Source: Pristiophorus japonicus (Eukaryota). From it: 64,000 nucleotides of DNA. The position numbers and the translations under genes were made by a program. How positions within the stretch are numbered: position 1 is the stretch's first letter; every line of letters starts with the position of its first letter. Of the stretch, positions 11,451-24,339 are shown in pieces. Where the stretch lies: positions 64,976,001-65,040,000 of the forward strand of contig NC_091997.1 in assembly GCF_044704955.1 (NCBI RefSeq), in the 5' to 3' direction. The notes under the pieces are model-generated. The model searched no databases, had not been told where the DNA came from, and saw nothing but the letters and a program-made list of their open reading frames with translations.

Positions 11451-13504
11451 TCTAACAGGAGGGTCCCAGACCCCAACTATCTCCACCCTTCAAGGTTGCA
11501 AGCAAACCTCTTGACAGCAGTGTTCCAAGCAGAGTAATGCAGCTGGGAGGCTTGACTGTAGCCCACAGGAGACAAGTCAAGTCAACTTAATGCAAGACGA
11601 GTACTGATGCCAGTCACAGAGATATCAGTCTGCTTTGCCCTGTCACTGGAGTAAGTTGTTGTGGACAGGGAGCAAGGGGAGTACTCGGGTAACTTGGGGA
11701 AAAAAATGTCTAAATAAGCATAAAACTGAATCAACTGAGGAATCAGCAGCCACACAAGTTTACTGTTTCTACATCATCAAATCCGATCCATCTTCAGTTC
11801 ACTGTCAACTCTGCTTTTTGCTTTGGGAAGAACCCATAACCCAGGGTCACCACAGAACGACAGTTCAGTTGACATCTCAGAAGGGGTAATTAGTTCATTC
11901 TCCAAATGAAATTGTTCATTTGCGATGGGCTGCCAAAGAGCCTTCATTTGGAAAATGAATACCTGTCAGCTAAATTATTTCCAGTGATTACCATTGACCT
12001 CAGCAAGCACCCTGCTCCACTTCCCAATGGACGATCTCCTACAAAACGCTCCACGTTCATTTAGTAACAAGGCAGAGTGATACAGAAGGCAGCAAAGCAG
12101 CCATGGTAATTGCCAACTAAACATTCAATAATTTACTGAAATTTTACGGCTGTAACTAATTCTCTGAGCTGTGGTTATATTTTAAATCTAAATAATGAAA
12201 TGGGTCAGATCAGGATCAATTAGCTCAAATGTTTAATGATTCAACTTGTAGCTAGCATAGTTTAAATTCCAGGAGTGCCCTGCGGGGAAAGTGTGTACAG
12301 GGATGTCAGGCAAGGACAAGATTGAGCTCGGCTAGGGCAATGCCCGCAACCAAACCCCCCAACTCCCCAACCTGCTCATCCCTTCCCACAATCACACCCA
12401 AGGCTGATACAAGAAGAATGGGCTCCGTGGCAAGCTATCGGAGGGTTACCACTGTGAGTAGAGCAGTAACTCAGTGCGAATCGGTGTGACTCGATGCATT
12501 ACCAACGTTAGTCGAGGTGTGAGTGGGTACTTTCAGGAGAGGAAGTAAAGAGTATTGTTTTTTTTTAATGTTCTCTGCCGGGAAGAGGGACAGTGGGACA
12601 GACTGGACTGCTCTTCAAAAGGGCTGGGGCAGGCTCGAGGGGCCGAATGGCCTCCTGTGCTGTACAGCCCATGATTCTATATGATGCTCCTGTCAGTAGA
12701 TTCCTGCTGATGACCGTGGAGTGACATTGACAGCAGTGAGTAATGGGGGCGGGATCAACCATCACCCCTCTTTACTTATTTCATTAAGTATTAGGTATTT
12801 AAGGAGACGTGATATATGTTATAAAATAGCTTTATATGTCAGGTCACACCACAGGCAGTAGCTTTGCTTGATCTTAAATATTCAGTTAATAGCAAATGAA
12901 ACCTCTTGACTATATAACTTCAAGTACTAAACACTTTGAAGGTTGATTGTTCAATTGAAGGTCCTTAAATGCAACTAGCAAGGAATGCAAAGTACGTATA
13001 AAGTTTTCAAATACACTGGTTCAAATCTTATTACCATAAATCCACTGTTAAAGAGCACAATTGTAATTTAATAAGCCTTGAAAGGGCTGGAAATTGGGGC
13101 AAGACCCAGCATATCAATGGGATGGCAAATACGTGTCCGAGTATGGATCTTTATGCATCCCTGGAACTGAATGGGTGAGTAAAGCACTGACATTACTGAT
13201 GAGCAATAGTGACAGACGTTTATATCAAATAAGCAATATTTAATACCAGATAAATGGAAGCATCGAATTCCAAAATCTCAAACACCTTCCCGTTCTAGCA
13301 CACGGTATAGAATTCTGGTGGACCGAACTACCTTCCAATTCAATCTCATCGCCAATTCCAATGGACTGAAGCATCCCCGACGCCACAATCAGAACGGGAA
13401 AGTCCTGAACATGATTTTCCAGCATGCGCACAAGCACAGTGGTAGTACTGGTGCCATATCGCGGTCCAGCCCGCACAGGGTGAATTCACAACACACACGA
13501 TCAG

Positions 13505-13950
13505 ATCATTAAAGTGATTGGCAAAAGAACCAAAGGCAACAGGAGGAAAACATTTTTTATGCAGCGAGTGATTAGGATCTGGAATGCACCGTGGAGATAA
13601 ACAGATTTTTGAACGATAAGGGAGTCAAGGGTTATGGAGATCGGACAGGGAAGTGGAGTTGAGGCCAAGATCAGATCAGCCATGATCTTATTGAAGGTGG
13701 AGCAGGCTCAAGAGGCCAAATGGCCAACTCCTGCTCCTATTTCTTATGTTCTTAAGTAAAGTGTTGCAGAGGCAGAATCACTCGTGGCTTTCAAAAGGGA
13801 ATTGGATAAATACCTGAAGAAAAAAAATGTGCAGGGCTAAGGGGAAAGGGCAGGGGAGTGGGACTGGCTGAGGTGCTGTTGCAGAGAGCCGGCACAGGCT
13901 CGACGGGCCGAATGGCCTCCTCCCGTGCTGTAACCGTTCTGTGATTCGAT
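13505..13950 (+). mobile_element. Nested CR1 3' ends
   Basis: TTTTATGCAGCGAGTGATTAGGATCTGGAATGCA; (TTCTTATG) and CTGTGATTC tails. Confidence 0.75.
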
Positions 13951-14181
13951 GATATTGCACAATTCGAAACTGATCTGCCACATCAACAGGGCATTAAGCC
14001 GTTGTGCAGTACAACAAGTATGTATTCATAAGAAGTGCACACAGGGATTTTTGTGGAGTGTTGCTGGTGCAGAACATCTGCCTCATTTGCATATATAACA
14101 ATCACTGCATTTCGAAAATGTGAAGGGCTTTCAACATAATAAAACAGGAGAGCTGGAGGCAATCATGCAATGGTAGGGATT

Positions 14182-15041
14182 AAACATAGAAACATAGAAA
14201 ATAGGTGCAGAGTAGGGCAGTCGGCCCTTCGAGCCTGTACCACCATTCACTATGATCATGGCTGATCATGCAACTTCAGTACCCCATTCCTGCTTTCTCT
14301 CCATACCCCTTGATCCCTTTAGCCGTAAGGGCCACATCTAACTCCCTTTTGAATATATCTAACGAACTGGGAACTGGCCTCAACAACTCTCTGTGGTAGA
14401 GAATTCCACAGGTTCACAATTCTCTGAGTGAAGAAGTTTCTCCACATCTCGGTCCTAAATGGCTTACCCCTTATCCTTAGACTGTGACCCCTGGTTCTGG
14501 ACCTCCCCAACATCGGGAACATTCTTCCTGCATCTAACCTGTCCAATCCCGTCAGAATTTTATATGTTTCTATGAGATCCCCTCTCATTCTTCTAAATTC
14601 CATTGAATATAAGCCTAGTCGATCTAGTCATATGTCAGTCCTGCCATCCCGGGAATCAGTCTGGTGAACCTTCGCTGCACTCCTTCAATAGCAAGGATGT
14701 CCTTCCTCAGATTAGGAGACCAAATCTGTACACAATATTCCAGGTGTGGCCTCACCAAGGCCCTGTACAACTGCAGTAAGACCTCCCTGCTCCGATACTC
14801 AATTCTTCTCGCTATGAAGGCCAATATGCCATTTATCTTCTTCACCGCCTGCTGTACCTGCATACCAACTTTCAATGACTGATGTACCATGACACCCAGG
14901 TCTCGTTGCACCTCCCCTTTTCCTAATCTGTCACCATTCAGATAATATTCTGCCTCCCTGTTTTTGCCACCAAAGTGGATAACCTCACATTTATCCACAT
15001 TATACTGCATCTGCCATGAATTTGCCCACTCACCTAACCTG
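14182..15041 (-). mobile_element. CR1 LINE, 5'-truncated (young subfamily)
   Basis: ORFs 14624..15010 and 14319..14603 (YNVDKCEVIHFG...RPHLEYCVQ...WNSLPQ); (TTCTATGT)n tail. Confidence 0.92.
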
Positions 15042-15206
15042 CCATGGGATCTTTTACGTCCACCTGAGAGTGTAGACGGGACCTCAGTTTAACGTCCCAT
15101 CCGAAAGACGGCACCTCCAACAGTGCAGCGCTCCCTCAGTACTGCACTGGAGTGTCAGCCTAGATTTTTGTGTTCAAATCCCTGGAATGGGACTTGAACC
15201 CACAAC

Positions 15207-15245
<39 letters not shown>

Positions 15246-15250
15246 GGCTG
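15042..15250 (-). mobile_element. Deu-domain SINE 5' half
   Basis: tRNA-like head and Deu core, cut by the CR1. Confidence 0.8.
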
Positions 15251-15254
15251 CCAC

Positions 15255-16290
15255 TAAGGGAAGTAAAAGTATAGGAACATCTCGGCAATAGTGAGCATAA
15301 TATATTGTACTTTAAGATGATAATTGGGAAGGACATAAATATAACGAAAACCAGGTTAATAGATTTGACAAAAGCTGATTTTGAGGGGCTGTGAATAAAA
15401 CTTGGGAAGATAAAATGGGCAACAATATTGGCAAACAACGATGTACAACGGCAATGGGAAACATTTAAAACGGTGTTCAACAGGAACAATATATTCCACT
15501 AAAAGGAAAGAACAAACTAAATACTAATGAGATTCATGAATGAATAAAGCCATAAGGGAACAATTGAAGATAAGGAAAGAGGCATATATTAAGTACCTAG
15601 ACAGCAGGGGAGCGCATGATAAGGGAGAATACAAAGAGATTAGGATAGAAGTCAAGAAAACAATTAGGAAGGCAAAGAAGAACTATGAAGTTAAATTATC
15701 AGGGAGCATAAAACAAAATAGTTAAATATTTTACAGGCACACCAATAATAAAGGACAGTTAGGATGGGAATAGGGCCATTAAGGGATAGACAGGATAATG
15801 CCACAGGTAACCATAAAGAGATGGCAGAAATATTAAATAATTATTTTGCATCAGTATTTACCAGGGAGCTAGAACAAGTGGACATGACATTGGATGATAA
15901 GATTAGCAATGAGATATGTGCATTTAAAATAAAAAGAGGGGATATATTAAATAAACTAATCAAACTCAAAGAGGATAAAACCCCATGTCCGGATGGATTG
16001 CATCCACACATTTTAAAAGAATTTAGGGAAGAGATGGCAGAGGCATTCAGGAGAAACATCTTTACCCAGAGAGTGGTGATTATGTGGAACTCGCTGCCAC
16101 AGGGAGTGGTTGAGGTGAATAGTATCGATGTATTTAAGGGGAGGCTAGATAAACATATGGGGGAGAAGGGAATAGAGGGTTATGCTGATAGATTTAGATG
16201 AGGAAAGACAGGATCGAGTGGAGCATAAACACCGGCATGGACTGTTTGGGCCGAATGGCCTGTTTCTGTGCTGTATATCCGATGTAATAA
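15255..16290 (+). mobile_element. Older CR1 LINE fragment with internal deletion
   Basis: EMAEILNNYFASVFTRE...KTPCPDGLHPHILKE joined directly to RRNIFTQRVVIMWNSLPQ (RT core missing). Confidence 0.85.
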
Positions 16291-18599
16291 GGCACTGTAG
16301 AAATATAAATATAATTATTATAATTCTAGCGATCCTCCTGTGGTGTTGCTCACATGGTAAGTCAGAGGATGCACTGATATCTAATGGCAGGAACGTTAAA
16401 GTAGTCAAATATATTATTAATGTGTCCCTTTAAGGCTTAGCAATGAACTGGCGGTGCACATTTGAAAGATGGGTTGATGTAGGGTTCAGGGTGGAGAGGA
16501 GAACTCCGTTTTGTTTGATTGACAGATCAATGAAAGCACTGGACACAACATACATGTTCTTGGAGAGAGGGAACCGAAACACAAGACTTTTAAGATTGTT
16601 TTGTATTTGCAAGAATTATCGTTTAAAAAAAACATTTCAAGGTATTCGTTTCTTTGCACTTACTGCTCCATGGTCTGCTGCAACGCTCGAGAAACTGGAA
16701 GTCAATCAGGTAGGTAATGGTAGAATTAATTTTCTGAAATTTGCCTGGGTTGGAATAAATTTGCATATGATTAAAAGTGATGCAGAAACAGCTGACGAAG
16801 TGTTAGACCAAAGAGTTACAGGAAATGTGCAAGAACTTTCATATATTATGGATAGATGTACACCTTGTAACACCGATACACAGCAACTGGACACTGTAAC
16901 TGTGCACTGAAAGTTACAAGGGATTCTTAACAAGGGGGATGTAATCTGACACAAACAACTGTTTTCCAATCTTTGTGTAATTTCATGACGCGATCAAGTT
17001 AATCAGCAATGGTGATCACTCAAGCCCGCAAAGAGAGATCATTAATATTTAATGCAAAGTAAGTTCGTGTCTTATTTTATATTAAAAGCAGCAGTTTACT
17101 ATTCAGTTGCATCATCAAATATTGATTGTCCTTTTGCCGTAGTCTTGTTACGGTTTGAGTCTCCAGTCTGTGATGTGCCTTTCTATTTGCATCCCTTCTT
17201 AACCCTGACTGCTGTCCTCTGATACATTACAGATAGCTTTACCACTGACATCATAAGTGCCCAATGGCAATCTGTACCTATTAATATCAGAATAGCTCCA
17301 CTTAAATCAAGATAATCATACCTTTCATCCAACTACGAAAACCTATTGATCAAACCCTTCGCAATCATTCCCTCTAGATACATTCCCAATTGATATAATT
17401 TCTCCCCATTGACAACTCCCCTTCCTCTTCACTCCAGTTGAATAGAATTCCTGATAGAGGAGACGCTTTCCCTTGAGTTGCACTGTTTTAGAATTCCAAT
17501 GCACAAAACTGTTTCACATTCAAAGCTAAAATAGTGATGGACGAAGCCTCTTCTGGTTGACTCCCATTGTATCGAGTTTCACTCACTTCCAATGGAACAA
17601 ATCCTTTCTTGTTCACATGAGAATAATCAGCTGGCAGTGGTGTGTGACTCACACATTGTGTGAGTAACTTGAGCAGTGAGCTGCCCATGTAACTGTACCC
17701 AGCTTCAATCGCTGGGGTAGATCTTAGCCTTGTGCAAAAGTGTGAAATGGGTGATAGCAAATCGGCAGCCCCTTTCACATCCCTCCCCATTTTTATTTAC
17801 ACTGACTTGGATGTGCACCTGAAGTGCCGTAACCTACAGGGTTACGGACCAAGAGCTGGAAAGTGGGATTAGGCTGGGTGGATCTTTGTCGGCCGGCGCA
17901 GACACAATGGATCGAATGCCCTCCTTCCATGCTGTAAATTTCTATGATTCTATGACTTCAAATCGGGAGAGGTAACTGATTATCACCTGATCTACACTAT
18001 CACACAAAGTCAATACCCTAATCTATTATCTTGAGTAGAAGGCAGAGGAAACTGAAGGCTCTTGTGACAGAGCTTGATGCTTTTATTAAATAATAAGGTG
18101 CTAATGCTCCCATTCCCAGAGTTGCCACTTCCCACCTTGATGAGCACAGATCACAACATTTTTTTTTTTGAATGAAGATTAACAGGACATTTCTCTCATA
18201 ATCTGTTCAGTGTCTTGCTCCCGACTGTGCTCTTCTGAGTATTTCTCTCAGAGATCTTTATGTCACAGTTAACAAATGCTCCCCGCCAATTTCTGGCTCC
18301 GCACACACTGGGAGGCACCAGTGTTTCACAATGAATTCCTCTCTGCCGAGCGAACAATGCCCTATCCCACTGTTCGACTGCCTGCACTTGCTCCAGGAGC
18401 AACCCGAGGGATCAGTGGACTCCGTGGCAATCCGAACAGTGGGAAACCGCAGGTAGTAATGCACCTAGCACTTAAGCACCATTTGTAGAAGAATCTCTGG
18501 CATTGATAATACCTAATGCACATTTACCCTGTTATTGGATAATAGAAACCATGTTATCACGCTAAACTAGCGGCATTGCTCACCGTGTGTCAAATGAAG

Positions 18600-18905
18600 T
18601 TCTTTCTTCCCCTCTTCCTTTCAGGGGCCCTGCATTTCCTTAAGAATCTGTTATATTTCAAACTTTTGCCAGTTCGGGCGAAGGGTCATTGACCTGAAAC
18701 GTTAACTCTGTTTCTCCCAACAGATGCTGCCCGAGCCGCTGAGATTTCCAGCTGTTTGTTTTTATGTCAAATGAAGTACTGTTTTATCACTAAGCAGGTT
18801 AAGCAGCATCTGTGGAAAGAATTCTGTTTCTCTCCCCACACATGCTGACCGACCTGCATGTGTGCTGGCAGCATTTTCTGTTGTATTTCAGATGTCCCAC
18901 ATCTT
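18600..18905 (+). mobile_element. Penelope-like terminal fragments (degenerate hammerhead)
   Basis: CGAAGGGTCATTGACCTGAAACGTTAACTCTG...AGATGCTGCC. Confidence 0.6.
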
Positions 18906-19267
18906 CAGGTGTTTATATTGGTTTATAATAACAGGAGTGTTATACCATGTAACACACTGCAATCTGGCCCATATAGAACCGGGAATCAGTTACGATCTAC
19001 GCACGCACTGACGCACATAAGAACATAACAAACAGCAGCAGGAGTAGGCCATTCGGCCCCTCGAGCCTGCTCCGCCATTCAATAAGATCATGGCTGATCT
19101 TCTACTCAACTCCACTTTCCCACCCGATCCCCATATCCCTTGATTCCGCTAAACTCCAAAACACACACACAACAGCACCAGTGCCAAACACTGCTCAAAG
19201 ATTCAGCAAACAAGAAAGAGCAAAGCAGCGGACTAGGGAGTGGACAGGTCAGCCAATATTCCCATTG

Positions 19268-19937
19268 CACCTCTGTAATATCGCCTGTCTCTGCCCCCCC
19301 CCCCCCACCTCCCTTGCCTCAGCTCATCCGCTGCTGAAGCCCTCATCCATGCCTCTGTTACCTCCAGACTTAACTATTCCAATGCACTCCTGGCCGGCCT
19401 CCCACATTCTATCCTTCGTAAACTAGCAGGATCCAAAACTCAGCTGTCCGTGTCCTAACTCGCACCAAGTCCCACTCACCCATCACCCCTTGTGCTCGCT
19501 GACCTACATTGGCTCTCGGTAAGGTAACAACTCGATTTCAAAATTCTCATCCTTGTTTATAAATCCCTCCATGGCCCTCACCCCTCCCTATCTCTGTAAT
19601 CCCCTCCAGCCTCACAACCCCTGAGATCTCTGCACTCCTCTAATTCTGTCCTCTTGAGCATCCCTGATTAGAATCGCTCCACCATTGGTGGCCGCGCTGT
19701 TGCCTGGGCCCCAAGCTCTGGAACTCCCTGACTAAACCTCTCCACCTTGCTACCTCTTTTTTCTCCTTCAAGACGCTCCTTAAAACCTACCTCTTTGGCC
19801 AAGCTTTTGGTCACCTGCACTAATTTCTACTTGTGCAACCTGGTGTCAAATTTCTGTGTCTCATAATACCCTTGTGAAGCACCTTGGGACATTGCACGAC
19901 ATTAAAGGCACTATATAAATGCAAGTTGTTGTTGTTG
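19268..19937 (+). mobile_element. L2-clade LINE 3' fragment
   Basis: L2 ORF2 C-terminal remnants (RLNYSNALLAGLP..., PVLADLHWL); tail CTATATAAATGCAAGTTGTTGTTG. Confidence 0.85.
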
Positions 19938-20659
19938 ATCACCAGCCAGTTCCCCGTGAGGACAGATTGTGCTCGGCCGTGATGCTTCCACAGTCAAACA
20001 GCCGATTGGCAATCAACGGCCTATGCACTGGTCTATGCACTGCCCTGTTTCCCATCAGGAACAAGGCGCTAGCATGATCAACACTTTGTTTTGAATAACT
20101 TCCCTGTGAGTTCCCGCCTGACGATCGCTTGCTGCCATTTTCGAGCAGGCTATACTCACGCAGTCAGCACTCCCGCCAGAGACAGGCCTCTGATTATACC
20201 AGACCAAGCGCAGTCCCTGGCCTCGCTAGGATCCCAGCGCAGTAAAGCACATTGGGCTGCTGAGCGCTGGGCCTGCCCACTGCACATGGCAGAAAATTGC
20301 CATAATCCAGAGTCCCCTGAGGGGAGCAGCGCAGACAAGGTTATGCTGCGATTGTTCGGGCAGTGGGGTGACCCTGCGGTCTCCCTGCGTCTCTGCACCA
20401 CTGCTGCTGATGTCCACCTCGACACCCCACGATCAGTCCCTGGCTGCTGGCTCTCCTCCGCGTATGGGCTGCCGGATATCCTGCCGTTCCCACCCTATCA
20501 GCGCTCGGAACACTTGGGCAGCTCACCAATCCAATCCAAACGACACCCAAACATCAAAACGGTTCGGGCCACCCGCGGCGATAGCCGCCTGCGTCCCGTT
20601 TGCTCTGCACGCCTGATGGATACCACACAGGAAAACCGGCACCAGTCTCAGAATCCAGG

Positions 20660-21285
20660 AATCGCATGGCACAGGAGGCCATTCGGCCCATCCTAGCTGT
20701 GCCCGCTCTTTGACAGAGCTGCCCAATTAATCACACTGCCCAGCTCTTTTCCCACAGCTCTACAAATATTTTCTTTGCATGTATTTATCCAAATCTCTTT
20801 TGAAAGTTATTGATTCTGGTTGCACCCTTTCAGATCACAACAACTTTCTGTGTGAACATAATTCTAAGTTCCCTCGTTCCTTTGCGAATTATCTGAAATC
20901 TGTGCCGTCTAGTTACCAATCTTCCAGCCAGTGGTAACAGATTCTCCTTATTTACTCTATCAAAACCCTTCATAATTTTAAGCACACTTATTAAATCTCC
21001 CCTTAACCATCTCTGCTCTATGGAGAACAACCCCAGCTTCTGTAATCTCTCCACATAAATGATGTCCCGCATCCCTGGTGTAATTCGAGTAAATCCCCTC
21101 TGCGCCCTCTTCAAGGCCTTGACATCCTTCTTAAAGTGCCGTGCCCAGAATTGGACACAATCCTCCAGCTAAGGCCTAACCCTTGTATAAAGGTTTAGCA
21201 CAACTTTCTTGCTTTTGTGCTTGTGTTTATAAGGCCAAGTAAGGTTTATGAACAGCCTTCTCAACTTGCCCTGCCAGCTTCACAG
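20660..21285 (-). mobile_element. CR1 LINE 3' fragment
   Basis: QRGFTRITPGMRD...LQKLGLFS...LRGDLI. Confidence 0.8.
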
Positions 21286-22084
21286 ATATTTAATGGTCTC
21301 CAACGAGAATGGGCACCCGGTCAAGTCTGCTTCTAGATTTACCTCAGCTGCACTTCCTCTCTTCAGCCATTGACCGCGGTTTCTCGATGTAACCGTTTGG
21401 CAGCCCCTCCAAGCAAGGCGGTGAGGGGCCGGGGTTCAGGCAAAGTGGAGCGGCAAAAGCAAACGACGCCACAGGAATCCTGCCGATGGCTAACCAGACC
21501 CCAGAGCTGTTCTCTGACTGGACTAAGCCCTGAAACTCCCTCTGTGTTGCTGCAGCCAAGAAATCTGTCTCCATAAACTCTGTATTGTTGTCCGTGATTT
21601 GGTTTTCTGAAAACACATGTGTTTGATCTTTTTGGAATGTGAACCGGAGCCACGAGGGACTGCAGAAAACTCATTCAAGTATCAAAGTTCGCCCAATCTG
21701 CCCAGCAGCATCATTTTATTTAAAAGCCAGCAAGAAAATGTTTAATTAGGTTTTATCTGTCGCTAATCTGATTGTGGCTGCTGTCGGGATTTCTGCATAT
21801 CATGGTCAAGGTACATGTCTGTCCAAATGGTGCAGTCTTGTTATAGGATTTGAAGTCTCGCATGCTTAATGCATGACAACAAAAGATTCTTCAGCCTTTG
21901 CCCTGGTTTCATTTCAATAAGAAGGCAGTGATGCATAATTCCCTGGCTACCAGCTATAGGTCGCTGCAAATAGATTTTTTCCCACCTGTATTGGATAAAC
22001 CGTTGTCAGTGAGAACTGGAGCAGTTGTAAATACCAGGGGGAAGGCCGCAACAGTATTAATGTTCCACGACCGATCAGCAGGAA

Positions 22085-22435
22085 CAGCTTGCATTTATAT
22101 AGCGCCTTTAATGTAGTAGAACGTCCCAAGGCGCTTCACAGGAGCGGTGTCGTCAACAGTTGACACCGAGCCATAGAAGGAGATATTAGGGCAGATGACA
22201 AAAAAGCTTGGTCAAAGTGGTAGGTCTTGCGGGATGTCTTAAAGGAGGTGAGAGAGTCGGAGAGGTTTAAGGAGGGAATTCCAAAGCTGAGGACCTCTGC
22301 CGCCGATGGCGGAGTTTTAAAATCGGGAATGTGCAAGTGGCCAGGATTGGAAAAACGCAGAGTTCTTGGAAGGGGCTGGCAGAAATTACAGAGTTAGGGC
22401 GTGGCTGAGGCCATGGAGGGTGTTGACACAAGGAT
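22085..22435 (-). mobile_element. L2 LINE 3' fragment
   Basis: CTTGCATTTATATAGCGCCTTTAA end and WNSL-region homology. Confidence 0.75.
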
Positions 22436-22499
22436 CAGTGAGTACTGTGTGTTACTGAAGTGCACAGACCAGGACAGTTACAAGTTCTATGCAGAATCT

Positions 22500-24245
22500 G
22501 TGCCATTTAGGACCGAGATGAGGAGAAGCATTTTCACTCAGAAAGTTGTTAACCTATGGAATTCTCTGCCACAGAAAGTTGTTGAGGCCAGTTCGTTGGA
22601 CATATTCAAAAGGGAGTTAGATGTGGCCCTTACGGCTAAAGGGATCAGGGGGTATGGAGAGAAAGCAGGAAAGGGGTACTGAGGTTGAATGATCAGCCAT
22701 GATCCTATTGAATGGTGGTGCAGGCTCGAAGGGCAGAATGGCCTACTCTTGCACCTATTTTCTATGTTTCTAAGTTAGATGATGTCAATAGCGCCACTAC
22801 AATAACCTGGTCAAAGGAGGAAAAGAAAATCATAGAATCATACCGCAGAGCAGGAGACCATCTCCTCCTGTGTCAGCTCTTTGAAAGAGCTTTCGATTTG
22901 ATCGTATTCCCCTGTCTTTCCCCACAGTCCTTTTGAAAGTTACCATTGAATCTGCTTCCTCCACCCTCAGGCAGTGAATTCCAGATCATAACAACTCGCT
23001 GTATAAAAAATATTCTGCTCATCTTCCCACCCCCTGCCTTTTTGGCAATTTTTAAAAAAGCGGTGTCCTCTGGTTACCAACTCTAATGTGACAGGTTCCT
23101 ATGCAATGATCACAACTAGGAAGTGGGCGAGTGTTGATGCTGGGTGAGGGCCAGACCAGGTCATTGGTGAGACCGCACCTGGAGTACCGTGAACAGTTCT
23201 GGTCTTCTTACCCAAGGAAAGACATACTTGCCTTAGAGGGAGTGCGACGAAGGTTCACCAGACTGATTCCTGGGATGGGGGGATTGCCCTATGAGGAGAG
23301 ATTGAGTAGACTAGGCCATTGTTCCCGAGAGATAAGAAGAATGAGAGGTGATCTCATTGAAACATACAAAATTCTTAAGGGGCTTGACCGAGTTAATGCT
23401 GAGATGATGTTTCTCCGGGCTGGGGAATCTAGAACACAGTCTCAGAATAAGGGGTCGGCCATTTAGGACTGAGATGAAGAGGAATTTCTTCACTCAAAGG
23501 GTGATGAGTCTTTGGAATTCTCTGCCCCAGACGGTTATGGTTGCTCAGTATATTCAAGACAGAGGTCGATAATTTTTTGGGAACATCATTATCATCATCA
23601 AAGGCAGTCCCTCGAGTCGAGGATGACTTGCTTCCACGCCAAAAAGTTCACAGGTGTTTCGATGAAGTATCTAATATTCCAGATCCCGAACTACATTCTG
23701 AAGGGTGGAAGATGCCTGTGCGTGGATTTTTTTAACGTGGGGTGGCCGTTGCACACCAGCCACCACACGGGCTTGACAGAGCGAGGTCTGGGTCCAGTGG
23801 CAAGGGGTAACCAGGACAATTGGAGACCCGCTCTGCTGCATGGACCTAGTGCGCCCACATATCGCAGTGTGGGCTGGGCCCTCGGCTCTGCTGGGCCCCA
23901 ATCACGTCCCTCTACAATCTCTTGCCGCTCCTTCGCCCCGACCTCGCCGCTCCTGCTGTACCTGCCCACGCTCCAATCACCGACCTGGACCTTGGTGACA
24001 TCCCTCTTCACCGCCGTTGTTCTCCTGCTCCCTGGAGTGGTACACTGCCACGCTGCTCCCCGGCCTGCTCCAATGGTGCTCGCAGGCCGGGGGCCACAGA
24101 GCCTGCTGGGAACATAGGGAATTAAGGGATATGGGGATAGTGCGGGAAGGTGCAGTTGAGGTGGAATATAAGCCATGATCTTGTTGAATGCCCGAACATG
24201 CTCGTAGGGCCAAATGGCTGACTCCAAATCCTATTTGTTATGTTC
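22500..24245. mobile_element. Cluster of CR1 fragments (22500-22770 +, ~22830-23090 -, ~23160-24245 + interrupted at 23587-24106)
   Basis: FTQKVVNLWNSLPQ and RPHLEYREQFWSSY...RFTRLIPGMGGL motifs. Confidence 0.8.
23587..24106 (-). mobile_element. Non-autonomous bipartite RTE-derived element with 9-bp TSD
   Basis: TGGGAACAT at 23578-23586 and 24107-24115; (ATG)n tail and GGAAGCAAGTC 3' end shared with the RTE at 2113; remnant M*FGIWNIR resembles the APE-domain start. Confidence 0.8.
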
Positions 24246-24339
24246 TTTAATGTGATGGTCTGCACCATCAAATAATCTGCCGAGCCTCACTGCCCCCCCC
24301 CACTCACATGTAAAGACCGACTTCACTGGATCAAAAAAA

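Noticed and set aside
13250-13480. CpG-containing unique stretch with an open frame (DKWKHRIPKS...HAHKHS)
   Set aside because: Weak splice sites and no recognisable homology; cannot be supported without RNA-seq.
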